From NCBI GenBank assembly GCA_038147495.1, contig JAYQTT010000007.1, forward strand, positions 9,192 to 73,191: a DNA stretch of 64,000 nucleotides. The letters are read 5' to 3'. Below, one piece after another: positions 57,009 to 64,000 of this stretch. A program made the position numbers and the translations under genes. The notes beneath the pieces are model-generated. The model was not told the origin of the DNA. It did no database searches and saw only the letters and a program-made list of their open reading frames with translations. Every line of letters begins with the position of its first letter. Within the stretch, counting starts at the first letter, position 1. This DNA is from Alphaproteobacteria bacterium. Its GTDB lineage: Bacteria; Pseudomonadota; Alphaproteobacteria; Puniceispirillales; Puniceispirillaceae.

Positions 57009-58397
57009 ATGTTGAGACGTGATTTCATTCTGGGCATGACCGGGGCCGCGCTTGGAACACCGGCTTTTGCTAGCCTTTCGGCTGTGGCGTCAGCTAATCC
57101 GGCCACCATCACGCGCCAATTCGATGTTGCGCCCGCTAAACATCGCCTTGGTGATGCAGACGCCAATGATTCTAATCTGTGGCTCTATGGCAACAGCAGC
57201 CCCGGCCCCCTTATCCGCGCCAAACAACATGATCGCTTGTCGGTCACGTTCAACAACCGTTTGTCTGTAGACACCTCGGTGCATTGGCACGGGATTCGTA
57301 TCGACAACAGCATGGATGGGGTGGCACACCTCACCCAACAGCCGATCGCGCCCGGTGAGAGCTTTACCTATGATTTCACCCTGCCAGACGCTGGCACATA
57401 TTGGTTCCACTCACACACACGAAGCTGGGAACAGCTGGCACAAGGTCTATACGGCCCGTTGATCGTCGACGGTCCTGATGACCCGGAGGTCGACCACGAC
57501 ATCGTCTGGATGATCGATGACTGGCGGCTGGACGAAAACTGGCAAATCCATACAGAGTCCTTTGGCAGCCTGCGCGACTGGTCGCATCAGGGCAGACTTG
57601 GCAACTGGCTTACGGTAAACAGCGTCTCGGACTTTACCGAGCAGGTCAAACCCAACAGCCGTGTGCGTCTTCGCCTGATCAATGCCGCCAACGCCCGCAT
57701 TTTTAACCTCTCGTTCAGTGGCAAAGCCACGCTGATCGCGACTGACGGATTTCCAACCTCACATCAGGAAACGGACCGGATCACCCTTGCACCGGCACAA
57801 CGCGTTGATCTGATTGTCGATGTCGGCACTTCACCATTGTCAATGACCGAAATCAGCGGTGGAACATTGCCCGCGGGAAAACTCTTGCCGACCACCAGCC
57901 TTGGCAACGGATCTGCCGCTGGATCAAAGCTTGTGCAGGCGGCCCTGCCCGCCGCGCCCGAGATTGCAAAGGCACGTCGAATCGCCGTTCACATGCAAGG
58001 TGGGGTTCACGGCAATCTGGACAGCGCCGAATATGAGGGCGAAGTTCTTGGATTACGGGATCTCGCGACAAAACACAGTAAGTTATGGGCCTTTAACGGC
58101 AAAGTTGGCTCACACAGCCTGTGGTTGACCGAAGCCGAGCGCGGCGCCCTGATTTCACTTGATGTTTTCAACGATACCGGCTGGCCGCACGCCATGCATC
58201 TTCATGGTCATCATTTCTGGGTTCTGTCACCTGATGGCGCGCCCTTGCATGCAGGCAAGCGTGACACCCATTTGATGCAACCGGGTGAGCGTGCGTCTCT
58301 GGTGTTTGTTGCAGATAATCCGGGCCTGTGGCTATTCCATTGCCATATGATGGAGCATCACGCCGCTGGCATGGCCGCGGTTGTCGCGGTGCTTTAA
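57009..58397 (+). CDS. Tat-exported multicopper oxidase
   Basis: MLRRDFILG Tat signal and four Cu motifs: VHWHGI, WFHSH, HAMHLHGHHF, HCHMMEHHAAGM. Confidence 0.88.
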   Translation: MLRRDFILGMTGAALGTPAFASLSAVASANPATITRQFDVAPAKHRLGDADANDSNLWLYGNSSPGPLIRAKQHDRLSVTFNNRLSVDTSVHWHGIRIDNSMDGVAHLTQQPIAPGESFTYDFTLPDAGTYWFHSHTRSWEQLAQGLYGPLIVDGPDDPEVDHDIVWMIDDWRLDENWQIHTESFGSLRDWSHQGRLGNWLTVNSVSDFTEQVKPNSRVRLRLINAANARIFNLSFSGKATLIATDGFPTSHQETDRITLAPAQRVDLIVDVGTSPLSMTEISGGTLPAGKLLPTTSLGNGSAAGSKLVQAALPAAPEIAKARRIAVHMQGGVHGNLDSAEYEGEVLGLRDLATKHSKLWAFNGKVGSHSLWLTEAERGALISLDVFNDTGWPHAMHLHGHHFWVLSPDGAPLHAGKRDTHLMQPGERASLVFVADNPGLWLFHCHMMEHHAAGMAAVVAVL

Positions 58398-58452
58398 ACG
58401 CAGTTTGCTTTGCCGCTAGAGGCCCTACAAAGCAAAAGCCGGTCTCTAAATA

Positions 58453-58469
58453 TGCCTAAATTTTAGGCA
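58453..58469. promoter_or_regulatory. 17-bp perfect palindrome TGCCTAAATTTTAGGCA upstream of glnB
   Basis: Seen directly, ~155 nt upstream of the glnB ATG. Function unknown. Confidence 0.3.
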
Positions 58470-58518
58470 ATCTGCACAAAAATCACCCAAATAGACAGGA
58501 TTCGTCACCCACAGATGA

Positions 58519-58962
<444 letters not shown>

Positions 58963-59063
58963 CCTGATGTTGGGATCAGATTTTATCTGACCGACCACCT
59001 TTTATCGAAGATCGTTGGCCACTGCCAACACCAACAGCACTGTGACTATGAGAGGATAAGCTT

Positions 59064-60473
59064 ATGTCCGACGCAAAGAAAATCATGGAAATGATCCGTG
59101 AAAATGACATTACCTATGTGGACCTGCGCTTCACTGACCCGCGTGGCAAGATGCACCACGTCACCCAGCATATTAATACGATTGACGAAGAAACACTGGC
59201 CGAAGGGTTCATGTTTGACGGATCTTCGATTGCTGGCTGGAAGGCAATCAACGAATCCGACATGACATTGATGCCTGACCTGTACCGCGCCTATGTCGAT
59301 CCCTTCTTTGCACAGCCAACGCTGGCACTGTTCTGTGACGTGCTTGAGCCAAACACGCTCGAGCCATACTCACGCGACCCACGCAGCACCGCGAAAGCGG
59401 CACTTGCTTACATGGAATCAGCAGGCATCGGCGACACAGCCTATTTCGGCCCTGAAGCTGAATTCTTCCTGTTTGAAGATGTGAAGGTTGACGTGTCGAT
59501 GAACCGTGCGATGTATGAGGTTGACTCGGTCGAAGGCCCATACAACGGCGCCCGCGAATATGAAGAAGGCAACCTTGGCCACCGCCCTGGCGTCAAGGGT
59601 GGTTACTTCCCTGTCCCGCCGCTTGATTCCGGTCAGGACATTCGTTCTGAAATGACATCTGTCATGGCGGATATGGGTGTGAATGTTGAGAAGCATCACC
59701 ACGAGGTTGCCCCATCACAGCATGAGCTTGGCGTGAAATTCGGCGAGTTGATCCAAACTGCCGATGACATGCAGCTTTACAAATACACCGTTCATCAGGT
59801 GGCCCATGCCTACGGCTTGTCTGCCACATTCCTGCCAAAGCCGATTGCCGGCGACAATGGTTCAGGCATGCATGTGCACCAGTCAATCTGGAATGACGGC
59901 AAGCCTCTGTTTGCGGGCAACGGCTATGCCGATTTGTCAGAGATGGCCCTGTTCTACATTGGCGGCATCATCAAGCATGCAAAAGCGTTGAATGCCTTCA
60001 CCAATGCGTCAACCAACAGCTACAAGCGCCTGATTCCGGGCTATGAAGCACCGGTTCTGCTGGCCTATTCTTCACGCAACCGTTCTGCCTCATGCCGTAT
60101 TCCGCATGTGAATTCGCCAAAGGGCAAGCGCGTTGAAGTGCGCTTCCCGGATGCGACTGCGAACCCATATCTGGCGTTCTCGGCAATGCTGATGGCTGGC
60201 CTTGACGGTATCCAGAACAAGATCCACCCTGGCGATGCGATGGACAAGGATCTGTATGATCTGCCAGCCGAAGAACTGGCGCAAATCCCAACCGTCTGTG
60301 GTTCTCTGCGTGAGGCACTCGAATCATTGAGTGCAGATCGTGGGTTCCTAACACAGGGCAACGTCTTTACTGACGAGCAGATCGACGCCTATATCGAACT
60401 GAAGATGGAAGAAGTCATCAAGCTGGAGCACACACCGCACCCGGTCGAGTTCCAGATGTACTACTCCTGCTAG
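59064..60473 (+). CDS. glnA: Glutamine synthetase type I
   Basis: 469 aa; [22 protein letters not shown] and the adenylylation-site region NLYDLP-like ([10 protein letters not shown]). Confidence 0.96.
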   Translation: MSDAKKIMEMIRENDITYVDLRFTDPRGKMHHVTQHINTIDEETLAEGFMFDGSSIAGWKAINESDMTLMPDLYRAYVDPFFAQPTLALFCDVLEPNTLEPYSRDPRSTAKAALAYMESAGIGDTAYFGPEAEFFLFEDVKVDVSMNRAMYEVDSVEGPYNGAREYEEGNLGHRPGVKGGYFPVPPLDSGQDIRSEMTSVMADMGVNVEKHHHEVAPSQHELGVKFGELIQTADDMQLYKYTVHQVAHAYGLSATFLPKPIAGDNGSGMHVHQSIWNDGKPLFAGNGYADLSEMALFYIGGIIKHAKALNAFTNASTNSYKRLIPGYEAPVLLAYSSRNRSASCRIPHVNSPKGKRVEVRFPDATANPYLAFSAMLMAGLDGIQNKIHPGDAMDKDLYDLPAEELAQIPTVCGSLREALESLSADRGFLTQGNVFTDEQIDAYIELKMEEVIKLEHTPHPVEFQMYYSC

Positions 60474-60596
60474 TTTCGACTGCATAACGCTGCGTCAGGC
60501 ACACCGCCTGATGCACATAAAAACACCCCCGGCTCTATCACAGGGTCGGGGTTTTTGTTGAACCAGCTACTGTCCGTCATATATAGATTGCCCCCC

Positions 60597-61112
60597 TCAC
60601 GCGCCTTTGCCGGGGTCGTTGAGCAACTCATACCCACGGTTCAACATGCAACGGTCAACAATCTTTCGCGGGCTCGTCACCGGATCATAACTGGTGTCGG
60701 CAAGGCCGCCCTCGAGCGCGCCCATTGTCGCGCCGACAACCGCGCCGTCACCCGCATCACCTGTGGTGGACCCGATTGCTGCACCGGCAATGGCGCCGAT
60801 GACAAGACCAATGGTCAGGTTCGACTCGCGCTTTGCCTTTTGCTGGCGCTCATATTCAACCTGCGCCTGTGTTGCGATGCTGATACACTCGCCGCGATCC
60901 GTCTCATAGGCAGCCATGTCGGTGGTATAGCTGTCCACCACCGGACGATAGTCACGCAACGCAGGCTCATAACCGCAGCCTGCAAAGCCGATCACGACGA
61001 CCATCCCGGCGGCGGTTGCAAACTTCTGGCACCAAGACCGCGATGACTGATCTGGTATATGCTTCTGCTCACACGACAGTTGCGATGATTTCAGATTTCT
61101 ATGTTTTGGCAT
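60597..61112 (-). CDS. Glycine-zipper lipoprotein
   Basis: Lipobox VIGFAGC and a Gly-zipper IGLVIGAIAGAAIGSTTGDAGDGAVVGATMGAL. The start is uncertain because the n-region is long. Confidence 0.55.
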   Translation of the reverse strand: MPKHRNLKSSQLSCEQKHIPDQSSRSWCQKFATAAGMVVVIGFAGCGYEPALRDYRPVVDSYTTDMAAYETDRGECISIATQAQVEYERQQKAKRESNLTIGLVIGAIAGAAIGSTTGDAGDGAVVGATMGALEGGLADTSYDPVTSPRKIVDRCMLNRGYELLNDPGKGA

Positions 61113-61161
61113 CCCCGCATCTCCTGTTTCATTTTGAATCCGAAATCTAGCCGAGGACGTG

Positions 61162-61176
61162 TTAATTTACCGTTAA
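61162..61176. promoter_or_regulatory. TTAA-N7-TTAA (CtrA-box-like) element
   Basis: ttaatttaccgttaa, 50-64 nt upstream of the lipoprotein start and ~205 nt upstream of parE. Confidence 0.2.
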
Positions 61177-61209
61177 GTCCGGTGACGAACACCGGACGTT
61201 ATTTCTTTT
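61177..61209 (+). other. Orphan stem-loop GTCCGGTG-acgaa-CACCGGAC followed by gttatttctttt
   Basis: Perfect 8-bp stem. Terminator-like on the plus strand, but there is no upstream plus-strand gene within 700 nt. Confidence 0.35.
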
Positions 61210-61361
61210 CACCCCTATATTTCGCGGTTGGGCTTGGAATAAACCCCAAGATACAGTAGAAAAGAGCTGTGTTGGGTGTGGCAATGACCATGACGACACC
61301 GCCCGTCAAACGGGTGATCGTTCAGTGGCAGGGCATCATGTCCCCGCCGCCAACCATTTGA

Positions 61362-64000
<2,639 letters not shown>

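Overview
This window reads as a chromosomal segment of an Alphaproteobacterium, judged from protein motifs and gene order; no search was run. About 60% is conserved housekeeping synteny: gatCAB, ruvX, pyrB plus a pyrC-like gene, plsY, dprA-topA-rnr-rpmG, rnd, hdaA, purMN, ndk, holC-pepA, lptFG-surA-pdxA-rsmA, gmk-mltG-fabF-acpP-fabG, glnBA and parE.

Three parts are not ordinary:

1. Positions 134-4829 hold a decayed, AT-rich, ORF-poor integrative island at tRNA-Ser(GCU). It has a recognisable att direct repeat and a tandem internal repeat of one arm. A TTGGYACAA doublet, spaced 12 bp, occurs three times. Every recognisable gene in the island is broken: the integrase has an in-frame TAA, a SAM-methyltransferase is frameshifted, and a cold-shock gene is shredded.

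2. Positions ~38.6-58.4 kb are a redox and metallo-cofactor region inserted where fabD would normally precede fabG. It contains a Tat-exported, Cys-type, three-subunit formate-dehydrogenase-like molybdo/tungstoenzyme with a TorD-like chaperone and a small Tat-target protein.
   - The operon continues into a WD40-cytochrome c fusion, a 40-aa membrane peptide and a PDZ-less trypsin-like protease.
   - Upstream lie a DUF3305/DUF3306-like pair and a divergent 676-aa poly-ferredoxin.
   - A nine-gene same-strand array follows: a ModE-N-like regulator, a DUF3144-like protein, a monoheme cytochrome c, an 85-aa protein, Mrp/ApbC, a degenerate biotin/lipoate-ligase-like protein, and 164-aa and 329-aa unknowns. 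As far as I know its function is undescribed, and it is my best candidate for a novel system, perhaps a cofactor or Fe-S maturation or electron-routing module.
   - A perfect 14-bp inverted repeat, resembling a Mo-box, sits between the regulator and a tupA-like tungstate/molybdate-binding gene. That gene carries two compensating frameshifts.

3. There are scattered oddities: a frameshifted pepA, a NagK/ROK homologue with degenerate kinase motifs but an intact zinc site, and a pyrC-like gene lacking the HxH metal motif. Several real genes are shorter than 60 aa and so missing from the ORF track (rpmG, a CoxIV-like peptide, a lipoprotein).

I saw no rRNA, CRISPR array, transposase or classical defence genes. 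All functional calls rest on motif recognition by eye and on memory of protein families, and they need HMM or BLAST confirmation.
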